Source: the human T2T-CHM13v2.0 reference genome, Homo sapiens
Strand: one strand, 5' to 3'
Assembly: GCF_009914755.1 (NCBI RefSeq)
Contig: NC_060946.1
Length of the DNA: 64,000 nucleotides
Shown: piece by piece, positions 10,426-24,713 of the stretch
Layout: each line of letters begins with the position of its first letter
Position numbering within the stretch: position 1 is the stretch's first letter
Notes under the pieces: generated by a model
What the model was told of the DNA's origin: nothing
The model's input: only the letters and a program-made list of their open reading frames with translations
Database searches by the model: none
Position numbers and translations under genes: made by a program

Positions 10426-13189
10426 CTATATTACATATGGTGACTCTCCTATGGTAACAGCTATTTACCAATCTCTGCAGTTGCCTTAATGGAATTGTAA
10501 CAAAACTGGACATGAAAGGCTATTGTAATTTCAGCCCAATGCCTAACATTTGTGGAAAAACATTTCAGCTTTTCTATGCATAGCATATTTTTCTCCACCA
10601 AACATCTGTGAAGGTGATTTTCATTTAACTATTTAATGGGTCAATAACCTCCCTTCTATTTTCATATTCCATCTACATCATCAAAAAAGAAATTTTAATT
10701 ACCCTTTGGATAAATAATAGGAATAAAATGTCATGAATCAAAACACAGGGTTTATGCATATTCTCTATGAAAAACAGAACTAAAATGTTGTTAATAAATT
10801 TTACACCCATTAAGGAAATGTGTGAGTCTACCTGGTAGCATTAAAGTATAGTTGAAACTATTGCTGTGGGATGAAATTATGCTCACTTTAATATTTCCGA
10901 TATGTTTTCTTTGTACTAGAAAAAAACAGATATTTTAAAAATGCTGCATTTATCTTTATCTCTCTGTGCACATGAGGATTTCATACCTTATTTTCACTTG
11001 AGTTTCTTTGAACAATGAACACTTTGGAGGAGTGTATGCTATATTAGGAATTTATTAGATTTCATCAAATGGCAGGTGGTTATGAATTTTGTTTCCAAAA
11101 AGGAGACCTGAGGGATATTCCATATTAAGGGTTTTATTCCCTTTTGGTGGAAACATGCAAATCATTTGTTTTTGCTAAAAAAACTATGAAATATTTCTTT
11201 CATTATTTCCCTTGGGAATGGCAGCTCACTATTATTCGTAATTGTAAATGCAGTTGACATTTTGAAGTTTATGTTCATGGGAATAAGATATTTTTTGGAC
11301 ATTTTAGTGATGCCAAGCCCAGGAAAATCTAGTTATTTTTTGCAATACACACGTACATACAGTATGTTAATTGGAGTAACAGAGATGGCCATTTCAAATT
11401 GGGCTCTGTTATTCATCTTTTTTTTTAGAGGCAAAGAGTGTTGGTAAGCGAATTTAACCAGAAGAGCAGTAGATTCTTTTGAAATAATGACATAGTGGAA
11501 AATAAAAACACATATACACCAAGAAACAATTTGTGAACTAAAACATGATTAAATTTAATCTATTGCCATAAAGTAGAAAATGTTCGAAACAAGGAAGACT
11601 GTGTACTTTCAGCTAAACTGAAAATAAAATGACAACAAAAAAGCAGGACTCTCCACAATTCAAGACTTGCTGCTTCTATGATGCCACACTCTTAATTATT
11701 TACCCCTGCTATATGAATGAGTGAGTGTTAACACTGATGTATTACACCTAAAAGATTGGAAGAGCATCTTTGATTCCATTCCAGTCCACCATGTCGTGCT
11801 AGAACCAGGACATCTGCCCTCCATAGTAAATCTCCATAAAATTTTACTGGGGAGAAAAGAATCCTCTACATATGAGGTAGAGATGTGAATCAGACAAGTC
11901 CTTAAATGCATGATTCATCTAACTGCCTCTGAATAATTGGTTAACTTCAGCCACCTGTATATATAAGCATGTAGGTGTTCAATGCCACCACACACTCTCC
12001 ACAAACAACAGCTGCCCAGGGTTGCCAAAAGATAATTGCATGGTGGCAAAATGTGCTGCTTGAACAGTGCCAATGTAAAGGATAAAAAACCAGGAACCAT
12101 ATTGTAAGGAAGTGAAGACTGTATTATACTAGGAATTCCACTTTAGAGTCCAATCTGACCATCTGAATCTGAATCGGACTATAGTGGATGGACTGATGCT
12201 ACCCTGCAGCCTTACTTCCTTAACTTTGTTTCCCCAGGCCCTAATATAAACCCCAGGAAACAGGCATACAGCTGTATGCATTTGGCAGATTACTATCCAT
12301 TTCATTGTTCAGTTGTTCTGGAAAGGCACCGAATGCAACTGTAGCCTGGAAATATTTGGAAAAATGGTACTGTTCCTGATATCTTTGTTTCTTCCTAAGT
12401 GACAGTTGAAGGTGACTGTCCTTTGTACAGTTCTGCCTGCTGTTAGCAATTTTCCAAAATTAAATACCATATTTTGTGTTTGATAGGCACAGCTGCGTCT
12501 GTTACCAAGGGCAAGCCCACTTGCACAACACTCTGTGTTCATTTATATACTGAGAACTTTATTTAGAACCCAGTTTTACAGAAAAAAATCAAGTTGGGTG
12601 AACCAATTTTGAGGGCAATGAATTCTTGAATTCTACTTTTGGGTTATGAAAAGGGCAAGTTTATTTGCTTCTGATGGAAGTAATATAGGCCTAGTGGATA
12701 TCTTAGCAGTGCAGAAAATAGGATGTACCATCTACCTATATTAACTGTGTGTGCATTAATTTCTGACTCTGGTTTTAAAAACTCCATTGTGTTCTAAACC
12801 TGATAGTTTGGAAAGTTGTAAGACCGAGTCTAGAGACTCATGTTAAAATTCTAAATTTTGGTGCAAGAGGAATAGCTCTCGTTTTTGCCCAAGCCACTTT
12901 ATTTTTCAATTTCTTCATTATTTTATCTGCCGATTGAACCCATCAGAGTAGAGGAATGCCCAGAATTATTTGAAGCTCTGAAAGTTCTACAATTTGGGCT
13001 AGAGAAATGGAATATACTAATTCTACCAATTAAGACACCAACTCTTCAGGCAAAATTAATTTAATACTTGGGGTATGATGGGTTGACCCTGAATATTTAC
13101 AAGATACTAACATTGGAAAATGTTAGAGTGTGTCACATGGGACAAGAGTCTGTTAAGGTGTTCTACAAGAATGGGAGGTTGTGTGGTTA

Positions 13190-13330
13190 AACATTTGGCA
13201 TGCTTGGCACATTTTTTCCCTCTTCCTGGAGAGTTGTAGTTTGCATTCACATTTAAAGGATCTGAGAAATCCTGCAGAAAAGAAAATTATGTAGCTTTGT
13301 TTAACCCAATGTTTCCCAAACTTAGTGGAC
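13190..13330 (-). mobile_element. hAT-Charlie (MER103-like) fragment
   Basis: ctgagaaatcctgcagaaaagaaa...ttgtttaacccaatgtttcccaaactta; related sequence in the opposite orientation at ~35900-36030. Confidence 0.5.
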
Positions 13331-13379
13331 TTTATGCATTCGACATCTTTCCTTTGCTCTTCCAAATTACTCTTCAGCC

Positions 13380-13790
13380 TTCCCTACCCTGCTCTGTGTT
13401 CATGAAACTGACGTGTGTGAGTTCTAACTTAGAGTTTTCTTTCTACTGGCTCCTGGTTGTTTGGCTGTCAAGAGAAACTTCTGGAGGAATGACGGCAGGA
13501 AAAGGTATCTGAGGAAGAGAGAAGTAAGGTACTTGTTTCCCTGGCTTCCTCTCTCCAAGCTGACTGCATCTGCCCACCAGAGGTCACATTTCTTGTCAAG
13601 TGTTCTCTCCACACAGTTTTCCCTCCAGATTCCTGCAAACTCTTATTTCCCTCCATCCTTTCAGGCATAATCTGTAGGTTACTGCCTTCCTTTTCAATTT
13701 TCCTATAACCTGCCCACATCTATTCAAATAGTGCTTGTTTTAGACATTCCTCAAATTACCAAATTTGAGTGTCATCTTTTTTCTGCAGGA
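13380..13790 (+). mobile_element. ERVL LTR33-like solo LTR
   Basis: 3' end ctgcccacatctattcaaatagtg...cctcaaattaccaaatttgagtgtcatct resembles the LTR33 terminus. Confidence 0.55.
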
Positions 13791-14379
13791 AAAAAGATGA
13801 TATATACACATGGTATCTTTTTTACCTTGCTGATGCATGATGATATATACACATGAGTGATATATACACATGGTATCTTTTTTACCTGGCTGATGCATGC
13901 CATTTTTGTGGAAAAACTGCTATATTTAAAGTGAGGAAAATTATTTTGGTATCAAAGTGTCTGAAACACTGTTGTTGCTTGATTTGCTAACTATAATTGT
14001 CCGAACCCTTCTCTATGTGTAGATATATCCTAAAACCAAGTCAGTAAAAACAGGTCCTTCTGAGTCCTATCTGAGTTTATTTTACCATTGTCAGCTTTCT
14101 TTTTGCTCTCAGTGGGCCCATGAATGATAACTATCTCCACAGTTAGACATCAGTAAGCCATGCCATTTACCTGATTTGTCAACAGACATTTGTGAAGCAT
14201 GTTTGTGTGTGTGTGGCATTGAACTAGATGCTGAGAATAAAAAGGTAGAGAAAGATTAACATGATTCCAAGGGTATCCAAAGCAGCCTGTATGCCCACCA
14301 ATACAACAATAATAAAATGTGAATACCGATAATAAATGTAATAATACCTAACGCTTAACATAGCTCTGAGTACAATAAG

Positions 14380-14570
14380 ACATTTATATAGTTTGAGTGC
14401 TTTATCTTAACTCATTCAATCTTCCCAACAACCTTATGAAAAGCTACTGTTATTATCTCTATTTGACAAATAAGAAAAAGATGACAAAGTCAGGCTAGAT
14501 GAGTCTGTTCATGTTCACATGTAATTAAGTGGTGAGAGTGGATTCTTAGTCTATGTAGTCTGGTCACAGA
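14380..14570 (-). mobile_element. MIR fragment
   Basis: ctcattcaatcttcccaacaaccttatga...attatctctatttgacaaataagaaaa...tcacatgtaattaagtggtgagagtggattc. Confidence 0.6.
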
Positions 14571-14804
14571 GAAAGTATAATTAAAAAATGACAAGGAGAT
14601 GTGCAATAGGAGGGCTTGGCTCAATTGAGATCCAAAGGGCAAAAAAGTAAAGAGAGAAGAGTGTTTCAGAAGGGAAGAACTTGTGCAAAGATACTCTTAA
14701 ATTGTCTTGACGCTGTTTCATCAGAGCAGACGACATACAAAAAGGCCAGTCAAAATGGAGTTGTTAAGAGGTGGTCTGTACAAATACGTATATCAGTTAA
14801 GTAC

Positions 14805-15305
14805 ACGCACTTATATTTTCTTTGCTGTGCTATTCACAATAACAAAGACATGAACTCAACCTAGGTATCCATTAGTGGTGGATTGGATAAAGAAAATGTG
14901 GTACATACAGGTACCAAGGAACACTATGCAGTCATAATAAAGAATCAAATTATGTCCTTTTAAGCAACATGGATTAAGCTGAAGTCCATAATCCTAAGTG
15001 AATTAATGCAGAAACAGAAAATCAAATACCACATGTTCTCACTAATGAATAAGAGCTGGACATTGAGTTTACATGGACATGTAGATGGAAGCAATAGACA
15101 CCGGGGACTAAGAGAGGGGAGAGAGAGGTGGGGAAGGGTTGAAAAACTACCTATTGGATCCTATGCTAACTCCCTGGATGACAGGATCCATACCCCCAAA
15201 CTCAGGACTATGCAATATACCTATGTAACAAACCTGCACATGTATCCCCCCATATCTAAAATAAACACTAAAATTTAATTAAAAAATAAATTTAAAAAAC
15301 TGAAA
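14805..15305 (+). mobile_element. L1 3' end (old L1PA/L1PB)
   Basis: L1 ORF2 end and 3'UTR (ggataaagaaaatgtggtacata...tatgtaacaaacctgcacatgtatcccc) with decayed A-tail; tatatcagt on both flanks may be a TSD remnant. Confidence 0.85.
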
Positions 15306-16892
15306 AAATATATCAGTCATTGACTTTATTGCCCTGATAAGTAGCAATGGCAACTTCACATGTTGACTTAAAACTTTGATTGTCAACCTTTGGTGTTTGC
15401 AGGATACTTAAAAAAACTGGATTATTTAATGACACTCTTGAAGGAATTAAAGTATAAAAAAGTTATAGAATATTGAAAACATATTTCCATACTTATTGAA
15501 TTAGTTGTTTTTAATTTGAGGAGAACCAAAAAACTCTTTACTGTCCTGACCATATTCTCTGATACAGTCATAATGCAAATTTCTTACAATTTCTGGCATA
15601 TAGGGCATCTTTCTTTAACACTAGCATGCCTTTACATGAAGCCTTATCACTTCTTTGCAGCAACTTGTTCCTCAACTCACTGAGTGTGCATTGTTCTGCC
15701 AGAGACATCACTGTAAGAGTATGTCATGTCAAATGTAGCAAAAATTGTTTTTATATGGTATCAGTTATAAAGTGCCTTTGAGGACTGTTTCTTGCTTCCG
15801 TGAGAATGCTGACAAGCAGAGTAAACTAAGTGCTCCAATTTCTAAGTTCAGAAAATTACCCATTTTAGTCAGCTTCTGCAGGGCCTTCTAGGACAGGGCA
15901 CAGCAAAAACACCACTTCTGAAAACCCCAATCCCCTGGACCACATCTAGAGGACTACAGAAGGTAAGAGGGAGAATTCTCAAAGTTGTAGTTATCCATAA
16001 TCCTACCCCTTCTTATCAAGAGGAGGAGAAAGGCATTGAACTCTCTCTCATCCCTGCCTTTTACAGATGGTCCTGGAATATGGAGAAAAGGAAAGGAGAA
16101 AAAGGGCTAAGGTGCCAGAGGAAATTCCCAAAGCAGCCTGCATTCCCTCATAAATCAAATGTATAACATGCAACTCACCTGACACTTATATCATCTTTTC
16201 AGTGCTCCAATGGTCATACCCACAAAGAAAAGGGATCCAGGCAACAAGAGGATGGAGGGTAGATTGGTCTTGGACCAGGAGTTTAGGACAAGGTGATGTT
16301 GAGGACTTTGAGACAAGAGTGTACATTTTAGTTATTGAATTACATCACAGAAATAATCACACCAGCCTATATTTTTCACCAAAAATGAATGAAAAGAAAA
16401 TTATGTCTGTTCTAGGCAGATGGAGGTCAAAGGCTGCTCTAGATCCAGAATCTTAACCTATATCAAGATTCATGTTCATGCATAGCTTTATTGAAACTCT
16501 TGGCTCAAATTGACTTACTTCCCTAATGTCAAAATTTGAGAGCCCATTTGTAAAATGGCTTAGTGTAATGCACTGTGGATGATCAATCAAGAGTCACTAG
16601 TCTGTGTTCTTATTGGAGAAAATAATATTGCTTTTCTGTGTACATCTGTGTAAGAAATTTCACTTAGACATGAATGCTAAGAAAAACTACAATCCTTTCC
16701 AAGCAATAGACATATCCTTTTATGTTTCATAAAATTATCTCTTCATCTGGAATAGTAGACGTTTTTATTCAGGCTTGCTTTATGCTTTCTCAAAGCTACA
16801 GTTATGTTTAACATATTTGCTTTATTTCTATTCCAATGCCTTTGTCATATTTTATGTTAACATTTTGTGTTGAACTATCTAGCCTATCTACC

Positions 16893-16893
<1 letters not shown>

Positions 16894-16941
<48 letters not shown>
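16894..16941. repeat. (TATC)12 microsatellite
   Basis: 12 perfect TATC copies followed by TGTC. Confidence 0.95.
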
Positions 16942-16942
<1 letters not shown>

Positions 16943-18145
16943 GTCTGTTTATTTTATTATATCAAAATCTTCCTGCAAGTGTTGATGTCTAAATAAATTT
17001 GATAATGTTTATTAGATAACCTTCATATGTAATTGATTTGCTCATCTATTATCCATAGAACTTGGAAACATATTTGTAGATAAAAGTTACAGATGTATAA
17101 ATACATTGATAGATAATGCAGTTATATAAAAGTATATATATTAAATTTTAACCATATAAACATGTAACCAGACATATACAGATTTTAGTAAATTTCTTTT
17201 GACTTTTTATTTTTAAATGTGAACAAAAATAGTTGGTGATGATGGTGTCTGAATCTGTGGTCCCAATTGTAATCTCACAACTCCAAGTTCCCAACACAGT
17301 TGGAAACATCATTTATCTACCGAATTCTTCTGTTGGTGTTTTTCTCCCAGGGAAGCAGAGAAAATAAAGAGTTTTCTGCTTTTAATGTTTCTGCTTTTTA
17401 TGTTTGTCACAGTGCTCTGCTTTTAGCAAACACCCTGATACACTAAAAGTTTGCTTTTTATTTAACCTTAAAAATTTCTTTGGTAAGCTTGTCCTAAAAA
17501 CTTGACCCAGAATTATACAAATGCCATTCAAACATCTATTTGTGCATCTCTTTTTTTTCACTTCAACTGAAAATATACTTTCTCTAAAATGTACATTTGC
17601 AATAGGAATATATTACTGATGGTGGAAATAAATTTCCATGTAAATTCATATTGTCCTTCTACATAGTGAAATGACAGCGTTTTGGAAGTCACGTGCACAC
17701 AGCTCCCCAGGGAATCTCACATCTATTATCCATTTCATGCATTGTGAGGCTTTTATGGCAATGTCCATACCCTTCATTTTAGATAGATCTATCAGTCTCT
17801 CGGTACTATCCATGCACTTTGGATCACTAAGACTCCTCCTGAGTAGACGACATACTAATATGTGACTAGTAATTGAATTTTTGACATATGCAAAAATGTT
17901 GTAAAATAGATAAGAGAGAAAGTGCCATAAATAGATATCTAAAAGAAGGGAACAGATGGCCTCTTTGTGAAGATGTTTGGATAAAGCCAAAACATGACAA
18001 ACAGATGGTTTATACATATGGGGTAGGTTGACAACGGAACCTGAAGCTGGTGGGGCATAATGCACAGAGCTCCAACTTTTCCTAAAAAACCTGAAGTTTG
18101 GTCTATAAGAGGAAAGTATTACAGACTACATAAAAACATAGACAA

Positions 18146-20378
18146 TTGCTGAGGAGAGCTTTACTTCCAACTATGTGTTCAATTTTGGAATAGGTGTGGT
18201 GTGGTGCTGAAAAAATGTATATTCTGTTGATTTGGGGTGGAGAGTTCTGCAGATGTCTATTAGGTCCACTTGGTGCAGAGCTGAGTTCAATTCCTGGGTA
18301 TCCTTGTTAACTTTCTGTCTCATTGATCTGTCTAATGTTGACAGTGGGGTGTTAAAGTCTCCCATTATTATTGTGTGGGAGTCTAAGTCTCTTTGTAGGT
18401 CACTCAGGACTTGCTTTATGAATCTGGGTGCTCCTGTATTGTGTGCATATATATTTAGGATAGTTAGCTCTTCTTGTTGAATTGATCCCTTTACCATTAT
18501 GTAATGGCCTTCTTTGTCTCTTTTGATCTTTGTTGGTTTAAAGTCTGTTTTATCAGAGACTAGGATTGCAAACCCTGCCTTTTTTTGTTTTCCATTTGCT
18601 TGGTAGATCTTCCTCCATCCTTTCATTTTGAGCCTATGTGTGTCTCTGCATGTGAGATGAGTTTCCTGAATACAGCACACTGTTGGGTCTTAACTCTTTA
18701 TCCAATTTGCCAGTCTGTGTCTTTTAGTTGGAGCATTTAATCCATTTACATTTAAAGTTAATATTGTTATGTGTGAAGTTGATCCTGTCATGATGATGTT
18801 AGCTGGTTATTTTGCTCGTTAGTTGATGCAGTTTCTTCCTAGCCTCGATGGTCTTTACAATTTGGCATGATTTTGCAGTGGCTGGTACCGGTTGTTCCTT
18901 TCCATGTTTAGTGCTTCCTTCAGGAGCACTTTTAGGGCAGGCCTGGTGGTGATAAAATCTCTCAGCATTTGCTTGTCTGTAAAGTATTTTATTTCTCCTT
19001 CACTTATGAAGCTTAGTTAGGCTGGATATGAAATTCTGGGTTGAAAATTCTTTTCTTTAAGAATGTTAAATATTGGCCCCCACTCTCTTCTGGCTTGTAG
19101 GGTTTCTGCAGAGAGATCCGCTGTTAGTCTGATGGGCTTCCCTTTGTGGGTAACCTGACCTTTCTCTCTGGCTGCCCTTAACATTTTTTCCTTCATTTCA
19201 ACTTTGGTGAATCTGACAATTACGTGTCTTGGAGTTGCTCTTCTCGAGGAGTATCTTTGTGGTGTTCTCTGTATTTCCTGAATCTGAATGTTGGCCTGCC
19301 TTGCTAGATTGGGGAAGTTCTCCTGGATAATACCCTGCAGAGTGTTTTCCAACTTGGTTCCATTCTCCCGTCACTTTCAGGTACACCAATCAGATGTAGA
19401 TTTGGTCTTTTCACATAGTCCCATATTTCTTGGAGGCTTTGTTTGTTTCTTTTTATTCTTTTTTCTCTAAACTTCCCTTCTCGCTTCATTTCATTCATTT
19501 CATCTTCCATCACTGATACCCTTTCTTCCAGTTGATCGCATTGGCTCCTGAGGCTTCTGCATTCTTCACGTAGTTCTTGAGCCTTGGCTTTCAGCTCCAT
19601 CAGCTCCTTTAAAGCACTTCTCTGTATTGGTTATTCTAGTTATACATTCGTCTAAATTTTTTTCAAAGTTTTCAACTTCTTTGCCTTTGGTTTGGATTTC
19701 CTCCTGTAGCTTGGAGTAGTCTGATCATCTGAAGCCTTCTTCTCTCGACTCGTTGAAGTCATTCTCTGTCCAGCTTTGTTCCGTTGCTGGTGAGGAGCTG
19801 CGTTCCTTTGGAGGAGGAGAGGCGCTCTGCTTTTTAGAGTTTCCAGTTTTTCTGCTCTGTTTTTTCCCCATCTTTGTGGTTTTATCTACTTTTGGTCTTT
19901 GATGATGGTGATGTACAGATGGGTTTTTGGTGTGGATGTCCTTTCTGTTTGTTAGTTTTCCTTCTAACAGACAGGACCCTCAGCTGCAGGTCTGTTGGAG
20001 TTTGCTAGAGGTCCACTCCAGACGCTGTTTGCCTGGGTACCAGCAGCAGTGGCTGCAGAACAGCGGATTTTCATGAACCGCGAATGCTGCTGTCTGATCG
20101 TTCCTCTGCAAGTTTTGTTTCAGAGGAGTACCCGCTGTGTGAGGTGTCAGTCTGCCCCTACTGGGGGGTGACTCCCAGTTAGGCTGCTCGGGGGTCAGGG
20201 GTCAGGGACCCACTTGAGGAGGCAGTCTGCCAGTTCTCAGATCTCCAGCTGCGTGCTGGGAACACCACTGCTCTCCTCAAAGCTGTCAGACAGGGACATT
20301 TAAGTCTGCAGAGGTTACTGCTGTCTTTTTGTTTGTCTGTGCCCTGCCCCCAGAGGTGGAGCCTACAGAGGCAGGCAG
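18146..20378 (-). mobile_element. L1PA3/L1PA4 internal fragment (partial 5'UTR, ORF1, ORF2 endonuclease domain)
   Basis: Near-consensus L1 sequence; ORF track shows the EN domain (CCIQETHL...IIMGDFNTPL) and ORF1 pieces; carries the 129-bp 5'UTR segment absent from L1PA2/L1HS. Confidence 0.93.
18855..19871 (-). pseudogene. Disrupted L1 ORF1
   Basis: ATG at 19871 to TAA at 18855 spans 1017 bp but is split by frameshifts and a premature stop (ORF pieces 19304-19600 and 19017-19352). Confidence 0.85.
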
Positions 20379-20666
20379 TATGGCACACTCAATTCATCTT
20401 CCTGGAAACCTCCATTTACATTTTATTCTTCAATCCAGAAGTAAATAACTTACATTCAACTATTGAGAAAAATTTTAAATGTGAGGACTACAGGGTAGAT
20501 AAACTTCAAATATCTCAACTGGTACCCAGCTAAGTTCATGTAGACTTAGGATTAATTTTTTTTACAATATTGGCTTTGCCTTGTTTTATTTGCTTTAGAA
20601 ATGAAATCTTAAGAACGTTGAAAATATGCTGGCTTATTTCTCCCTATAGAAATATATTGCTAGTTA

Positions 20667-20718
20667 TTTCTACTTGTATAAAATATATAGGGTTTCTACT
20701 TGTATAAAATATATAGGG
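20667..20718. repeat. Perfect 26-bp tandem duplication
   Basis: tttctacttgtataaaatatataggg x2. Confidence 0.9.
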
Positions 20719-23302
20719 TTTTTTGTTGCTTGTTTGTTTGTTTTATTAGAACAAATGGAGTCAATGAGCTCTCTCTTCTGTAGCACTTTCCATGTTGAAT
20801 AATTCTCAACACAAGGAAACAAACCTTTTTTCTTTTTAAAAATAATTACACAAGCAGGTCTTGAAAAATTTAGCTTACACAATGCAGTATTATGTAGATT
20901 TAAATGTGTCCTCATCCTGCCCACTGCTGTCTTATATTTATTTTAAATTACCATTCTATTCTGATTTTTTTTTAGTGGTAGTCATTGCTATAATTTCAAC
21001 ATACATTATATTCTGTCATTTTCTCTGACTTTACTTGTGTATACACGTGTCCAAATTCATATATATGGATTTTATTAAAACCATAATTTAATAATTTTGT
21101 TTACATGCTTTTTTTCTGTTAACAATAGCTTAGGTTTTATACAGCTATCCCTCTCATTTTGATTGAGAACTACGTAATATTTCATAGAATGAAAGTACCA
21201 TAATAGCTTATTCCATTAAAAAATCTGTTACTCACCATGCTTCATCATGCATACATGAAGATATATATTTATGGTCATGTGTAGAAAAATAAAAGCAGAA
21301 ATATTAAGTGAAATTAAAAATATATAACCTTTACAAGATTTCTAATAGATGCTAGCAAATTGCATTTAACAAATTATTTTCTCTCCAAGACTGTACGAAA
21401 ATGACATAACCCCATCCCCTACCAGAAATGAATATCAAATTAATCTTGATTTTACAAGTATTAGTATGCAGATATCATAAGGGTTGTTAGTTAATAACAA
21501 CAACTGAGTATAATTTGAGCTGTTAGAAAATTATTTTCTTATATCTAAGGTAAAATTTTCCCTTAATATTGATTTATTGGTCTTAGCTCTACTCTTGGTA
21601 TCAAAGAGAAAATGCTTCTATTTTGTTTATGTAACAATTTTTCCACATACAAAGTAGTCACATGGTAAAAGACTGAATAGACTGCTAAAGCCCTACATAA
21701 AGAGCAACCCATATGTTACCTGTGTCTTCTATGGTTACTTGTGTCAAAGAGATTTCAATAATATGGTGCAAATTTTAAGGGGTCACATTTATTTTTCCCA
21801 AGATGTGATCTGTGTATTCGTGTTGCCTTCACAATTCAGGCAAGAAGGTTGCTACTCAGGGCTTTTCTTTATCCCCATTTCTCCCATCACCCCCCACCAG
21901 AAACTATATTAATTACACATGCAGATCAAAATCACCAGGTTTTATTTTAGTTCTACTTTACTTGCCCTTTGGAGGCCAACCTCCCATATTTCCACCCATC
22001 CTTTTTGTTTCTTCCTAGCTACTGTCATTTTCTTTTCATATTTTTTCTATTAATCTCCATATCGTTCACGGTGTTTATCATGCTATTCCATTGTAATTAA
22101 TGTCTCTGGGTTATGAAAGAGCAGATTTAACTTCTGTTTCACTTAGATGTGCTTTATCCCTGAGTAACATGATGCATGAAAGGATGGACTTGGTGGATTT
22201 GGAAATGGAAATGAGACCCATAATGCTTTGCAGCAAATATGCCTGATTCTGAATTTGAAAACTCGTTTAGTTTAGATTCCAATTGTATCTTAAAATAAAT
22301 TTAGGTTCCACAGACATTTTACTAAGTGTCTGCTTTGGGTCAGGCATAGCCCCAGGAACTCTCACACTGTATTGTTACGTTAACAAAAGTTATTAAGTGT
22401 ATGAGAGTGAAACTGTGGAATGAAAACTGCATTTCGTATCAGAGAGAAAAGAAACAACTTACATTTTACATATTAAAATATAAAAAATCCAATATTTTAC
22501 ATGTGAATCCTGTGGGATTTCATACTGCTTGTATACATTAGCTCAAGTGATATTAATTGCAATATGGTGGAATACTAATAGTTTCATTTTTGCAGGAGAG
22601 AAAATCGAGTGTTACAGATGCTGACATCCTTGCCACTATCCTACAGCTATTCAATGACATTCCAGGGCTAGGTTTCTGGTGTTTTTCTTTTTCTCTGGCT
22701 TCCAAGAGAATGGCAAATTATTTCTTAGTTTTGATTGCCTTATCCCAGTAGTCTCCGTAATCAACAGAAGCAGCAACCGAGGTTCTCTACTTATTAGTAT
22801 GCATGGGTTTGTGTTTTTTTAACGAAGTAAATATATTTTATTGAGTCCAAAATCTTTGTAATTTTCCTTAATAAATCAGGAAAGAAAGCATTGTGACTTT
22901 TTTTCCAATATAATCCTGTATTTCCATGAAGATGGCTTCTTTCAGTGTTTATTTTGTTAAGCACATAGTCTATACATCTTTGTTAAATAAATGAATATAG
23001 AGCTTCTATTTTTCATAAATAATTTTATGCATGGTTCCAAACTGACCTGTCTGTATATTTTTATCACCTCAAGCCGCAATATATTGATAGTATTTATTGA
23101 GTATCCATTTGATTATAGCACCATATTTCGTGCATATATGTTTTTATTCAATATTTGATACATTGGGAGAAAAAAATGAATACATTAAAAGTACCGACTG
23201 TTTTATTTCTTCCAATATATCTTTTTCTATACTGATATAGTTTATAGCTTTATAAATTCTAATAGCTACATTCTTTTTCATTCTCTTGATAAACTCTTTT
23301 GA

Positions 23303-23653
<351 letters not shown>

Positions 23654-24574
23654 TGATTTTTTAAAGCAGGGACTCTAAGTTTGCATGTCAACTATAGTAA
23701 ATGCATGTTACATACCCTTTTTCCATTTTTTTTTGCTTATTTTTAGTTTGTTATATGAAACCTGTTATTGATATAACCTCAAAAAACTTGCATGTGTCTA
23801 AAGTATGTTTACATATATTTACAGCAGTGGTACTGTCATTAAAGATTTTAGGGCAGAGGGCAGTTTGCATCCTTATAGATACAATTACAAATATCTCTGT
23901 TCTTTCTTTTGTAACTACAAAATGCCTTCTGAAAGTAAAAGCATGGGTAATAGTTCTAAAGGCACTTTGATTATTTTTTGGAATATCATTCCTGAATTGA
24001 GCTGTGTGCGATATCAAAGAATTGGGCTTTTCATTAGTCAGGATGTTTGTCCTCAATTGTTTCCTTAATGATGGTTCTTTCATTGCTGGAATGTCCTGTT
24101 TCTCCTGATGTATTTATTAACCATGAGTTGACTCATTCTATTTTTGAGGTATGTTTCTTCTGCAGGAATAAGCTACATAGGTAATTAAGCCATTTTTCTA
24201 ATTTGCCTTTTAAATATACACAGTGTGCAACAACCCTTTTTTAATACTGCCACTTCAATTTTGCCTTTTGAAAATACCAATAATATTTTTCTCAACAATT
24301 TCTTAGTTTACTACAGGTTTTCTTTATTGTTTTATATTCTATTTTAGTAGTCATTGCTTTTTTCTTTTATTTATATAATCATGCTTTTTTCATGATTATT
24401 AAAAAAGTAGTTTCTCTAGTATGGATATTTTTGACAAATTTTGTTGTTTCTTTATTATTTTTTGTATTTCTTTTATTTAGATCTGACACCCTACCCTCGT
24501 TCCTCTTTTACTTTGTTCATAATTTTGAAGTCTCCCGCTGACACTTACTACTTTTTCTTTACTATATAACTATT

Positions 24575-24713
24575 TTTTTCTTTTTTAATTTTTATTTTAA
24601 GTTTGGGGTGCATGTGCAGGTTCGTTGCAGAGGTAAATTTGTGTCATGGGAGTTTGTTGTGCAGATTATTTCACTATCCGGGTATTAAGCCTAGTACCCT
24701 GTACAGTTATTTT
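24575..24713 (-). mobile_element. Short old L1PA 3' end
   Basis: ttttaagtttggggtgcatgtgcaggtt...gattatttcactatccgggtattaagcctagtaccc. Confidence 0.75.
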
